NCBI GenBank assembly: GCA_963714275.1 | Contig: CAVQNT010000006.1 | Coordinates: 256,001-320,000 of the forward strand | Direction: 5' to 3' | Source: Candidatus Bathyarchaeota archaeon | GTDB lineage: Archaea > Thermoproteota > Bathyarchaeia > Bathyarchaeales > DTEX01 | DNA: 64,000 nt | Shown: positions 23,901-33,247 of the stretch, piece by piece | Position numbering within the stretch: the first letter of the stretch is position 1 | Layout: the number at the start of each line of letters is the position of its first letter | Notes under the pieces: model-generated | Seen by the model: the letters and a program-made list of their open reading frames with translations, nothing else | What the model was told of the DNA's origin: nothing | The model's database searches: none | Made by a program: the position numbers and the translations under genes

Positions 23901-25806
23901 AGAGAAGCCACTTTGTAATGGCGCAATGTATTCTCCGGGCTTCTTCCCAAAAGGCTACCTCTGCAAGCCCTACAATGGTGGACACTACATTGTTCAGGCA
24001 GTGGCAAGGCGCTACGGGTTTGACCCGTCGACGACCCCGTGGAACAAGATGACCGTTGAGGCGCAAAAAGCGTTCTTGTTCGGTGACTCGGAACCTTTGA
24101 ACGTGATTTTTGAGAGCCACAAGAGACCGCCTACAACGCGTAAGCTCGTTTTCCACGGCTTCTACGGTTGGGTTGGAGACTGGGATGTTGGAGGAACCTA
24201 CACTAGGACAAGTCCCTGCCCGCAATGCAACGGAAGCGGGTTCAAACCTGAGTATTTGGCTGTGAAACTTGGCAGCTACAATGTTCAGGAACTTGACGCA
24301 ATGTCGCTGACAAGGCTCGCTCAAGTTATCGATGAGATACCGGTTCCAGATTTTGACCCATTTCATATTGAAGGCAGCTTACATACGATACGGAAGCGTC
24401 TCCGCTTTCTTCTTCAAGTCGGGCTTGGCTATCTGAGCTTAAGCCAGGTTTTTGGCACGTTGTCCGCTGGGGAGGCGCAAAGGATTCGGCTTGCTGGTTT
24501 ATTAGGCAGTGGGCTGACATCCTTGACGGTTCTTGTTGATGAGCCGACTCGTGGGATGCATCCTTCCGAGGTTGAAGCGTTAGTGGAAGCTTTGTTGGAA
24601 CTGCGGAACGAAGGAAACACCGTCATCGCTGTTGAGCATGACCCGGTCGTAATTCAACGTGCTGATCAGCTGATTGACATGGGACCTGGAGCTGGCGTCA
24701 ATGGCGGAAAAGTTGTGGCAGCGGGAGCTCCAAACGTGGTTTCCAGAAGCGGAACTTTGACTGCCAAGTGGTTGCTTGGCGAAAGGAGAATCAACGTGAA
24801 AAGGAAAAGGCGTTCTCCAAAGGGTTGGCTGACAATTAAAGGTGCCTGCGCGAACAACCTGAAGGGTGAAACCATCCAGATTCCGTTGGGAACGCTGGTT
24901 GGAGTTTGCGGAGTCTCGGGTTCTGGTAAGAGCACCCTTTTGATTGATACGGTTGGGCGCGTGTTGGCTCCGAGAAACATTACTACAAGCGTTGCCCATG
25001 AACCGATTGAGCCAGGCAAACATGACGCCATTGAAGGAGCGCCCTTCAAAACCATTCTTCTAGATCAGTCTCGGGGAGGAATTCGAAGTCCAGGCGAGTT
25101 TCTCAACCTTTTCCAGCCGCTTCTTCGTCTCTTTGCGGAGAGTGAGGATGCTAAGGCACTGGGACTTGATGAAAGAACGCTTTCTAGACCATGTGAAACG
25201 TGCGGAGGCGGCGGATTAATACGTTTAGACATGGGGTTCCTGCCTGACGTGTCTAACGTTTGCGAGTCCTGTCACGGAACTGGTCGACGCCCAGAAGCCA
25301 GAGAAGTACGCGTCAAAGGTGTGGCTTACTCTGAGTTAAGCGGTTTAGCGATTGACGAAGTTTATAATCTGTTTGGTGATGAAGAGTCGTTGTCAAGAAA
25401 ACTGAAGGCAGCTAAAGACGTGGGCTTGGGGTATCTGGTCCTTCGTCAACCGGGATACACGTTGTCAGGTGGTGAAGCGCAACGGTTAAGGATTGCTGTG
25501 GACCTTTCCCAAAAGACAAACGATAAGATGTTGTACATTCTTGATGAGCCAACGGTTGGTCAACACATGGAGGACGTGGATAGGCTGATCGGAGTATTGC
25601 ATAGGCTTGTAGACGAGGGACACAGCGTAATCGTCATTGAACACCATCCGCACCTGCTTGCTGCTTGTGACTGGCTCATTGAGCTGGGTCCAAGCGGCGG
25701 ACCGGAAGGCGGACGGGTCATCGCTTGTGGGACGCCTGAGGAAGTAGCCAAAATGCATACTCCAACAGCACCCTATCTCAATGATGTGCTGGAGGGTAAA
25801 CTATGA
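20945..25806 (+). CDS. Double-length UvrA-like ABC ATPase (~1620 aa, four NBDs; three apparent indels)
   Basis: Four GVSGSGK Walker A, four LS(R/G/A)GE.QR signatures, four DEP(T/S) motifs, CxxC fingers. Confidence 0.88.
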
Positions 25807-26840
25807 GTTGGGCTTCTCTTCTTTTGGCTGATCCTTCGCCGTGTTTACGTACTCTGGTTCTGAAGGAGTTATTGCATCGGTCTGATAGCGACCCTGAGGT
25901 TCAGGAGCTTACGGTTTTGCGTGAAACTGATCCGATTGTTACTCGGCTGTTGTCTCTGCAATCTGAAGATGGGTCTTGGGGCGAAGAAGCTTTGGGGGGA
26001 AACGTGCCGGGAGGCAGGATTCAGGCAACATCTCAAGCCTTGACTAGACTCGGTTATCTCGGGTTTGGCTCAGAACACAAGTCTGTACAGAAAGGTGCTG
26101 AGTTCCTTTTTTCAAAACAAAATAACGATGGTTCTTGGCATCGTCCCAGCGAGGTTGAAAAGGAGGAAACAGCAAAGGAAAGCTACACAATGATGCCTCT
26201 TCAGACCGCGTTGCCTTTACGTGGATTAGCAGAATGCGGATACGCAACGGATGAAAGGGCGGAACAGGCATACGATTGGCTCTTAAAACAAAGGCTTGAA
26301 GACGGGTCTTGGCCGACTGGGAAGGCAGGAAACGTTTTTGGTTATGTGGCGGGGTACCGCAGGTTGGCTCATACACGTTGGGGTTGCCGAAGCAACACTA
26401 CAGCTTCGTTAATTTGCTTCGCCTTGCATCCGAAGCGCCGTTTCAGCAACGAAGCGCAGAGGGCTTTGGACCTTTTGCTGGGGCGCGAGACGCGTGAAAG
26501 GCAGAACATCGGATTCGAGATAGCGAGAATCGTCGGCGTTGAGGTTCCGAGCGGTTTTATTACATTCTTTGCGAAGTACGATTTAGCTCTTATTCTGGAT
26601 ATTTGCTGGAGGGTTGGTGCAGACCTAGGCGATGAACGGGTCGCTGAAATAGTTGATTACATCAAGCAGTCGCAGGGGCCTTACGGACTTTGGGACTACG
26701 TTCCTCGTCCAGAAGCCTCCCACTGGGTCACTTTTGACCTCCTCCGTTCGCTTTCTCGCCTAGACAAAGAGACAGACTGGTTGAGCTTGGAACCTCGTAC
26801 ACCGTTCGCTGCTTATCTTAGGCGACCCAAAAGGTTTTAG
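25803..26840 (+). CDS. Prenyltransferase/squalene-oxidase repeat (alpha/alpha barrel) protein
   Basis: QW-like repeats QSEDGSW, QNNDGSW, RLEDGSW, QGPYGLW; ATGA overlap with the UvrA stop. Confidence 0.75.
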   Translation: MSWASLLLADPSPCLRTLVLKELLHRSDSDPEVQELTVLRETDPIVTRLLSLQSEDGSWGEEALGGNVPGGRIQATSQALTRLGYLGFGSEHKSVQKGAEFLFSKQNNDGSWHRPSEVEKEETAKESYTMMPLQTALPLRGLAECGYATDERAEQAYDWLLKQRLEDGSWPTGKAGNVFGYVAGYRRLAHTRWGCRSNTTASLICFALHPKRRFSNEAQRALDLLLGRETRERQNIGFEIARIVGVEVPSGFITFFAKYDLALILDICWRVGADLGDERVAEIVDYIKQSQGPYGLWDYVPRPEASHWVTFDLLRSLSRLDKETDWLSLEPRTPFAAYLRRPKRF

Positions 26841-26867
26841 CTTCAAAAAAGGCTTCATTGTTTAAGT

Positions 26868-27305
26868 TTATGTTTTTCCATATTTTCTGAATAGCGCTAT
26901 GCTTAGGACTAGGACGAGAATGCTGGAAACTGTGACTGTTAAGGCGTCAAACAGTATTGTTGGGCTTGATGGAGATGCGCCCATGAGAAACAGCGACATT
27001 AATGCGTCAGTGACGTAATAGCTCGGTATGAACTTTGCTACTTCCTGCATCATCGATGATGTATTGAACGAAATGTACGTTCCCAGAAGCATCTGGGGAA
27101 TTATGAACAAGAAAGCAGCGCCAGTAGCTGTGCTTGAGGGTTTGACTAGGGTTGCAGCGACAAGTCCGAATCCGACGCAGTAAAATGAGAACACTGAAAG
27201 AATGATGAAAGCCATGACATAGCTTACTGGAGTGATGGCTGGTCGGAAGCCCACAAGGTAGGTTGAAATGAAGACGATTGCCACCTGTGTGACCGCTGTA
27301 ACGTC
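26868..27305 (-). pseudogene. C-terminal fragment of an ABC-2 type permease
   Basis: IPQMLLG, A.FIPSYYVTDAL; similarity begins abruptly mid-protein, no ATPase partner. Confidence 0.6.
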
Positions 27306-27417
27306 GTTATATTTTTTGTCAAGTTCTCGATGATTAAGGCTTTTTCTTTTGGTGTAGGCATGTTTCTCTGAACAACTTTTGGCACGGTAATTAAATCTTT
27401 TTTGGGATTTTGTCGCT

Positions 27418-27879
27418 TTATAGACTATTCTGTCTAATCATTTCAACGAACTTGGCATACAATTTGTTAAAGAATTCTTTTTCTAATTGAGGTCCTTTAC
27501 CAATACCGGGACATTCGTTAGTGTAGTTAAAAGCATATTTTTTGGTTCCCTGAAAATCCAACTTAAGTGGGTAGAACCTGCAGATTAAGGGTCTTGCGCC
27601 ATAGATTGTGCACAGGTTGTTACTCAAAAAGACGCACTTGCCATCAGAGGTTTTCCTCATAATGAAAGCATATGGCTTTACACCTTCTTTTCTATGTGCG
27701 AAATCGGAAATTTTTTTCGAAGTTATCTGTGAAATTCTTTCAGCCTCACTTTTTAGTAACAGAATCATTCGGCGTTTGGTTTCTGTGTTTCCGCAACATA
27801 TGGCACATCGGCTGCATTCGAAATGAACATCTTGTGGAAACGTGAACTTCCTAGAGTCGACGGGAATAGGCGTCACCAA
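27418..27879 (-). CDS. YkgJ family cysteine-cluster protein
   Basis: CSRCAICC, CVFL, CTIYGARPLICRFYP, CPG. Confidence 0.9.
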   Translation of the reverse strand: MVTPIPVDSRKFTFPQDVHFECSRCAICCGNTETKRRMILLLKSEAERISQITSKKISDFAHRKEGVKPYAFIMRKTSDGKCVFLSNNLCTIYGARPLICRFYPLKLDFQGTKKYAFNYTNECPGIGKGPQLEKEFFNKLYAKFVEMIRQNSL

Positions 27880-28015
27880 GACCCTTTTTCGTCTTCAGCA
27901 AACTAGCTTCATCATTGAACAGTATATAATTTTGTGTTATGTGCAACTTTTTAGTCGTTCAAACAAGGCTTGATTCGTTGCTACCTGAGATAATGGCACG
28001 ATTGCTTGGATAGGC

Positions 28016-28240
28016 TCTGTCTTGTTCAACATCCGAGTTTCATTTTTGAACAAAAAACAGCATTACCTAAGATCCGTCTGGTTTGTGTGACCTTCGAGTT
28101 TCAATTTTGTATGACATACCGCAACAAAAAGACTTTCTGTTTTTGTGACAATAGCCATTATCCGTTGAGTCCTGTCCTGATTTGCGGCATACCCGTTCTG
28201 TTGTTTTTGGGGCGCAAACACTGGTGACCATTTGTTAGGA
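28016..28240. repeat. Dispersed non-coding repeat, copy B
   Basis: Homologous to 2521-2740, same orientation. Confidence 0.8.
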
Positions 28241-28305
28241 ACCTTTTTTAGGGTTATGTGAAGTTAACTGCATATCATTATTAACTCAGACGGAGCGCAA
28301 CCAAG

Positions 28306-29700
28306 ATGAACGTGGTGGTCATAATTCTTGATAGTTTCCGGCAAGACCACACAAGCTTCTACAACCATAAGCACCCCGTTTTCAGCGGCGTTCGTCCATG
28401 CAAGACGCCGAACATCGACGGTTTCGCGGAACAATGCATCGTCTTCGAGAACGCCTACCCAAGCGGACTGCCGACAATCCCCGTGAGAACCGAGCTCATG
28501 ACGGGTCACGACACGCTTCCCTTCAAGCCATGGGAACCTCTTGGTCCCCGAGAAATAACAGCAACCGACATTCTCAGGCGCGAAGGATATATCTGCGGCA
28601 TGGTTTCAGACAACTACCATTACCGGGCTCCAGGCATGAATTTCCATAGGAGCTTCCATGCTTATCGCTGGGTTCGTGGCCAAGAATACGACTCGTACGC
28701 TTCGCACGTGTCCAAACGGAGGTTGAACGATTACGTGAATGCGAACTATTCCGAGGCTTGGAGAAGTAGGATTCACCAGTTCTTGGCTAATACTGACGAT
28801 TTTGGGAAAGAGGAAGACTGGTTTCCAGCCAAAGTCGTAGAAGAGTCCGTTGACTGGCTTAAAAAGAACAGAGTTCACAAAAACGTTTTCTTGTGGATCG
28901 ACTCGTTTGACCCGCATGAGCCTTGGGATCCACCTCGAAGGTTCGACACGTACACTGACCCAGGCTACAGGGGGAAAAGGTTGATTATGCCAATGGGAGG
29001 AAAAGCGTCTGACTGGGCAACAGAAGCCGAAATCCGCTATATCCGTGGACTTTACGCGGGCGAAGCCTCCTTCGTTGACCACTGCTTGGGAAAATTGTTC
29101 TCTAAGCTGGAGGAGCTCGGGTACTACGACGATTCGATCATAGTATTGTTAGCTGACCACGGTCACCCGCTAGCTGACCACGGAAAGTTTCTGAAGGGAA
29201 CCGACCGACTTTACAATGAGCTCCTGAAAATACCGTTCATGGTGCGGATGCCGGGTGGAGAAAAAGCCAGATGGTCGAAGGCGATTGTGCAGTTTCCAGA
29301 CGTTTTGCCCACAATTTTGGACACCGTTGGGCTGGGAAACAATGCTTATTCGATGCATGGCAAAAGTTTCCTTTCCGTCCTCAACGCCGAAACGGACAAG
29401 CACCGAAAAGCCGTAATAATGGGCTACTATGAAGGCGTGGACCGCTGTGTAAGAGATAACCTGTGGAGTGACATTCAACGCCCCGAAGGCGAACCCGACG
29501 AACTCTACAACCTGAGCGAAGACCCGAAAGAAGCGGTCAACCTTGTCGACAAACGTCCCGAAGAAGCCCAGAGGTTGTCATCGCTCTTCGGTCAACACTA
29601 TCGCCACTTACCAACAAAAACAATAAAGGGCGTACAAGGACGATACGAACTGGCATCAGGAACAACGGAATATACAGATAGAACCTTACAACATGTTTAG
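28306..29700 (+). CDS. Sulfatase-family (alkaline phosphatase superfamily) hydrolase
   Basis: IILDSFRQD, TPNID, FDPHEPW, ADHG, ELYNL..DP.E; catalytic motif TIPVR. Confidence 0.85.
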   Translation: MNVVVIILDSFRQDHTSFYNHKHPVFSGVRPCKTPNIDGFAEQCIVFENAYPSGLPTIPVRTELMTGHDTLPFKPWEPLGPREITATDILRREGYICGMVSDNYHYRAPGMNFHRSFHAYRWVRGQEYDSYASHVSKRRLNDYVNANYSEAWRSRIHQFLANTDDFGKEEDWFPAKVVEESVDWLKKNRVHKNVFLWIDSFDPHEPWDPPRRFDTYTDPGYRGKRLIMPMGGKASDWATEAEIRYIRGLYAGEASFVDHCLGKLFSKLEELGYYDDSIIVLLADHGHPLADHGKFLKGTDRLYNELLKIPFMVRMPGGEKARWSKAIVQFPDVLPTILDTVGLGNNAYSMHGKSFLSVLNAETDKHRKAVIMGYYEGVDRCVRDNLWSDIQRPEGEPDELYNLSEDPKEAVNLVDKRPEEAQRLSSLFGQHYRHLPTKTIKGVQGRYELASGTTEYTDRTLQHV

Positions 29701-30079
29701 ATTATTTCATAGCTTACATTGTTTCCTTCTCGATCAAGTACAATAATGTCTTGTTCTGACTTGTAAGGATAAGTCGACTGATGATCATGACTCTCCCGTA
29801 GAAGTGGTTCAAATCCGTTGTTGACGGTCTTAGTGCGCCTGAAGGATGAGAATGCATCGTGCCTACAATAGAGAAATCGATCGATAACATGTGCAACGGA
29901 AAATTGGAGAAACCTGAACCACGAACGGACAAGGGAGGAATCACAACCTCCTCGATTATGGTCTTGTCTTTCCGTAACTTTCCCCTTAGAAGCAGTATTC
30001 CCTCTTTAGGATGGCAAGCTTTGGCGTAATCTAGGACGCTTTCCATGACCTGCCTTTCTATGCGAACCAGAAGATTCAA
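29697..30079 (-). CDS. JAMM/MPN+ (Mov34) metalloprotease (apparent indel near 29775)
   Basis: HPKE, HSHPSG...PS..D. Confidence 0.88.
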
Positions 30080-30188
30080 AAAAGAAACCTCCAACAATGG
30101 ACAACAAAGTTCCAACCGTAAAGATAAATATTTTCAAAAACCCCAAAAAAACCGAATAGGCGTTCAAAAAACTTTATAGAAGAATTTA

Positions 30189-30262
30189 TGGACTGGGGGG
30201 GATTTGAACCCCCGGCCTCCGCCGTGCGAGGGCGGCATTCATCCAGGCTGAACTACCAGCCC
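30189..30262 (-). tRNA. tRNA-Ala(CGC), intronless
   Basis: GGGCTGG acceptor with G3:U70, anticodon arm CCGCC-CTCGCAC-GGCGG, TTCAAAT T loop. Confidence 0.95.
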
Positions 30263-30370
30263 TTATTATTTAACAGAAAAGTCGGTTGGATTTAAGCCTT
30301 TTATGGTTTATTGTCAGGGAATTCCGAAACAATAATGTTCGTTGATGTGTAGTTTCTTGTTGAGATTGGG

Positions 30371-31210
30371 TTGCGAATGAAACAAGTATCTCCATTAATC
30401 TTTGCGATAACAATTTTTTTAGTAGCCACCTCGATAATAGCAATGAATCGCATAATAATTAAAAACCAAACCGTGATGAAAACCCTCAGATACGGCGGAG
30501 AAAACCGTTCATACTGGATTTTCGTCCCCTCGGGCTACAACGGTTCAGATCCTGTTCCGCTGGTGGTGATGCTTCACGGTGCAGGAGGAAACGGCAGGGG
30601 AGCTGACGAAATGAGTGGCTGGTCGACCATAGCGGAATCCGAGGGCTTCATTACCGTGTTTCCTGACGGCGGCGTGTGGAATATCTACGATTGGAATGGC
30701 ACAGGCAGAGATGACGACGGGTTCTTGTTGGCTATCATCAACAAGGTTCAAGAAGACTACGTGATTGATACTAGCCGAATCTACATGACGGGGCACTCGA
30801 TGGGAGCAGGCATGACCATCACATTTGCATTAGAGCACGCCGACATTTTGGCAGCCATCGCACCAGCCTCTGGACCGTGGCTAATCAGCAACCGTTCGTT
30901 CAACATTGACCCACGCTCGGTTCCACAACTCAACGTCCCCATCCCAGTGTACATCTGGCGAGGAGGAAACGAGGAATGGCCGTCGGCAAATGAGAATAGG
31001 CTTCAGATTCAGTATTGGGTAAAATTAGATAAAGATAACGAGATTCCCCAAGTCATCAGAGAAGGTTTGTACATAACCGAAATCTACGCAGGCGGAGACG
31101 CGAAGGTCATGTATACAGAAATAAAGGATGGCAACCACGACTCCTACAGGCATGGGACGACCCAAAAAATATGGTACGAATTCTTCAAAAACCTTAGAAG
31201 AAACCCATAA
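30371..31210 (+). CDS. Secreted/anchored PHB-depolymerase-like (LpqC) esterase
   Basis: N-terminal hydrophobic segment, LHGAGG, GHSMG, C-terminal His. Confidence 0.85.
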   Translation: MRMKQVSPLIFAITIFLVATSIIAMNRIIIKNQTVMKTLRYGGENRSYWIFVPSGYNGSDPVPLVVMLHGAGGNGRGADEMSGWSTIAESEGFITVFPDGGVWNIYDWNGTGRDDDGFLLAIINKVQEDYVIDTSRIYMTGHSMGAGMTITFALEHADILAAIAPASGPWLISNRSFNIDPRSVPQLNVPIPVYIWRGGNEEWPSANENRLQIQYWVKLDKDNEIPQVIREGLYITEIYAGGDAKVMYTEIKDGNHDSYRHGTTQKIWYEFFKNLRRNP

Positions 31211-31308
31211 CCGTAAAAAAACCTGCACAAACCTAAAAATAACTTGGAGAACAATCTTAGCAAATAACGAAAAACATATATTCAGTCTGTCATTTTTGAA
31301 AGGATTGT

Positions 31309-31491
31309 CGGGCGGTAGCTCAGCTTGGCAGAGCTTCCGGCTGTAGGCGTCTACCGTGCGGTGGATGCTGCTCAGCTGCCGAGCGTACAGAAACCGGACC
31401 GTCGCAGGAGAACCGAAGCAAGCCTTCGGTTCGGTGAATTCAAAATAGGATGGCTGAAAAGCTGCCTATGAAAGTCCCGCCCGCCCGACCA
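31309..31491 (+). tRNA. tRNA-Tyr(GTA) with three introns (37/38, 53/54, 59/60), CCA encoded
   Basis: C1:G72 acceptor CGGGCGG/CCGCCCG-A-CCA; introns 31347-31392, 31409-31438, 31445-31474, each with BHB-like pairing. Confidence 0.9.
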
Positions 31492-31497
31492 CTAAAA

Positions 31498-32130
31498 TTA
31501 TAGCGTATTTGCTGGTTCAACGGTTTCTTGCAGTTTCACGCCCTGCAATCTGCCTATGGCTTTTACTAGTGACGGTACAAACAGTGCGAAGATTATGGTG
31601 TTTGTGAACGTGTGGATGATGGGAGGATAAGGCATATAGATGGTAGGAATGAAGGTCAACAAGATTGCCTCCCAAACGGAACTATAATACACGGAGTAAG
31701 CCAAGTAAAAGCCCACACTTCCAAGCACATCATAGGTGAAAGTCAACAGGAACCCCAAAAAAGCCAATTCCACAATCATCCTTCGGCTCATTTTTTGGGT
31801 GCTATACCTTTTTCCAAGGATTCCGCCTACTATACCGTAGAGTGCACCAAGCCCAATCATTACTGCGAGAAGTATCGGAGTAGTAACAAAAAGAAAGGCT
31901 GCAGGACTAGTGAGTGGATAAGGAATCAACATTATAATTGCTACGGAAATGGCGCCATCCAAGGCTCCGACCACCAATCCGAACATAAGCCCGCTAACAA
32001 AAACTAGGACCGTCGTGAACTCCACAACGTTAGGAAGCGAAAACAATGACGAAACCTTAACATACCCGATAACAACACACAGGGCAGAAAAGACCGATAT
32101 TAACGCCACGTCTTTTGCTTTCAATCGCAT
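31498..32130 (-). CDS. ECF transporter S component
   Basis: LPNVVEFTT.LVF.SG..FG, TFTYD, HTFTN. Confidence 0.75.
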   Translation of the reverse strand: MRLKAKDVALISVFSALCVVIGYVKVSSLFSLPNVVEFTTVLVFVSGLMFGLVVGALDGAISVAIIMLIPYPLTSPAAFLFVTTPILLAVMIGLGALYGIVGGILGKRYSTQKMSRRMIVELAFLGFLLTFTYDVLGSVGFYLAYSVYYSSVWEAILLTFIPTIYMPYPPIIHTFTNTIIFALFVPSLVKAIGRLQGVKLQETVEPANTL

Positions 32131-32134
32131 AATC

Positions 32135-32151
32135 GGATGGATAATCCATCC
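32135..32151. promoter_or_regulatory. Perfect palindrome between TATA box and start codon of the ECF gene
   Basis: GGATGGAT-A-ATCCATCC. Confidence 0.5.
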
Positions 32152-32259
32152 AATATATAAATTTTATCATCAAAAAAATGAACGATAAAAAAACAGTTGA
32201 TCTTGAAAAGTTTTTATTTCCGCCTAAACATTTGAAAGGTCAACCAAGAGGGACCTAAA

Positions 32260-33120
32260 ATCGTAACTTCAGAACGGACGATTGAGCAGCTGACCGGCGA
32301 GCTTCGATGCCTTAAAGGCTGAGAGGAACAAGCTGAACGATGAAGCCCGAACTTGGGCTGACAAACGTGACAAGCTTCACGAGGAAATCCAGAAGCTGAG
32401 GCTGGAGGTAAAAGGCTTCAGGGGCAAACGTGACGAACTAAACGCTGAAATCCAGTTTCTAAAAACCTTGAAAGAGGAGCGGAGGGAAAAACGGGCGGAC
32501 GCCATTGAGCAGCTTAAAGGTCAAAGGCTGAAGATCAAGGCTACGTCAACAACGAAAGCAACGCGAAGCTCAAAATCGTTAGAAGATGAAATAGCTGAGA
32601 TTGATTGGATTATCCAGACCGAGTCGCATTCTTTGGAAGAAGAAAAAAGCTTGTAGACCAAGTGAAGGCTCTGGAAATTCAGTTACAAGCCCATAAGAAA
32701 ATTGAACAATTAAAAGGCAAAATTTATGGTTTAAGCGCTGAAGCGCAGACATTGAAAGAGGTAATTAAAACTGACAGCGACAAGATTCTTGAATTGGCAG
32801 AACAAAGCCAGAAGTTCCACGAAAAGATGATTAAGGGCTTAGAAAAAACCAAGACTCTTAGAATGGAAGCTGACGAAAACCACCGTAAATACGTGGAAAA
32901 TAGGGAAAAAGCGAAAGCGTGCCACTCTAAGTTTGTGGAAAAGCTGGAGCAGGTTAAGGCTCTTTTTGCAGCAATCCGACAAAAAGAGGAAGAGGAAAAA
33001 TCCAGACATCAGGCGAACCTCAAAAAACAGGTCGAAGATGAAGCCCTAGAAAAGCTGAAACAGGGCAAGAAGCTCAGCTTCGATGAGTTCAAGATTCTGG
33101 CTGAGCAAGGAAAAATCTAA
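32260..33120 (+). CDS. Archaeal coiled-coil protein (COG1340-like; two apparent indels)
   Basis: KRDKLH/KRDELN heptads, IQT..LEEE, ending GKKLSFDEFK. Confidence 0.75.
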
Positions 33121-33247
33121 TATTAAAAAAGGCACAAAAGCGAGCATGTTATCACTGCTATTTGGCATCTGATGGATATATGAGTCTATAAGATTTATTG
33201 GGAAGAACCCCCATATCTTGTGCTTGAGCTCATGTGGGAAAAGGTTA

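Noticed and set aside
28006-28227. 73-aa ORF over repeat copy B as a real protein
   Set aside because: The homologous frame in copy A differs mostly by non-synonymous changes and stops earlier.
31347-31392. Nested intron within tRNA-Tyr intron 1
   Set aside because: The internal hairpins do not form a convincing second BHB.
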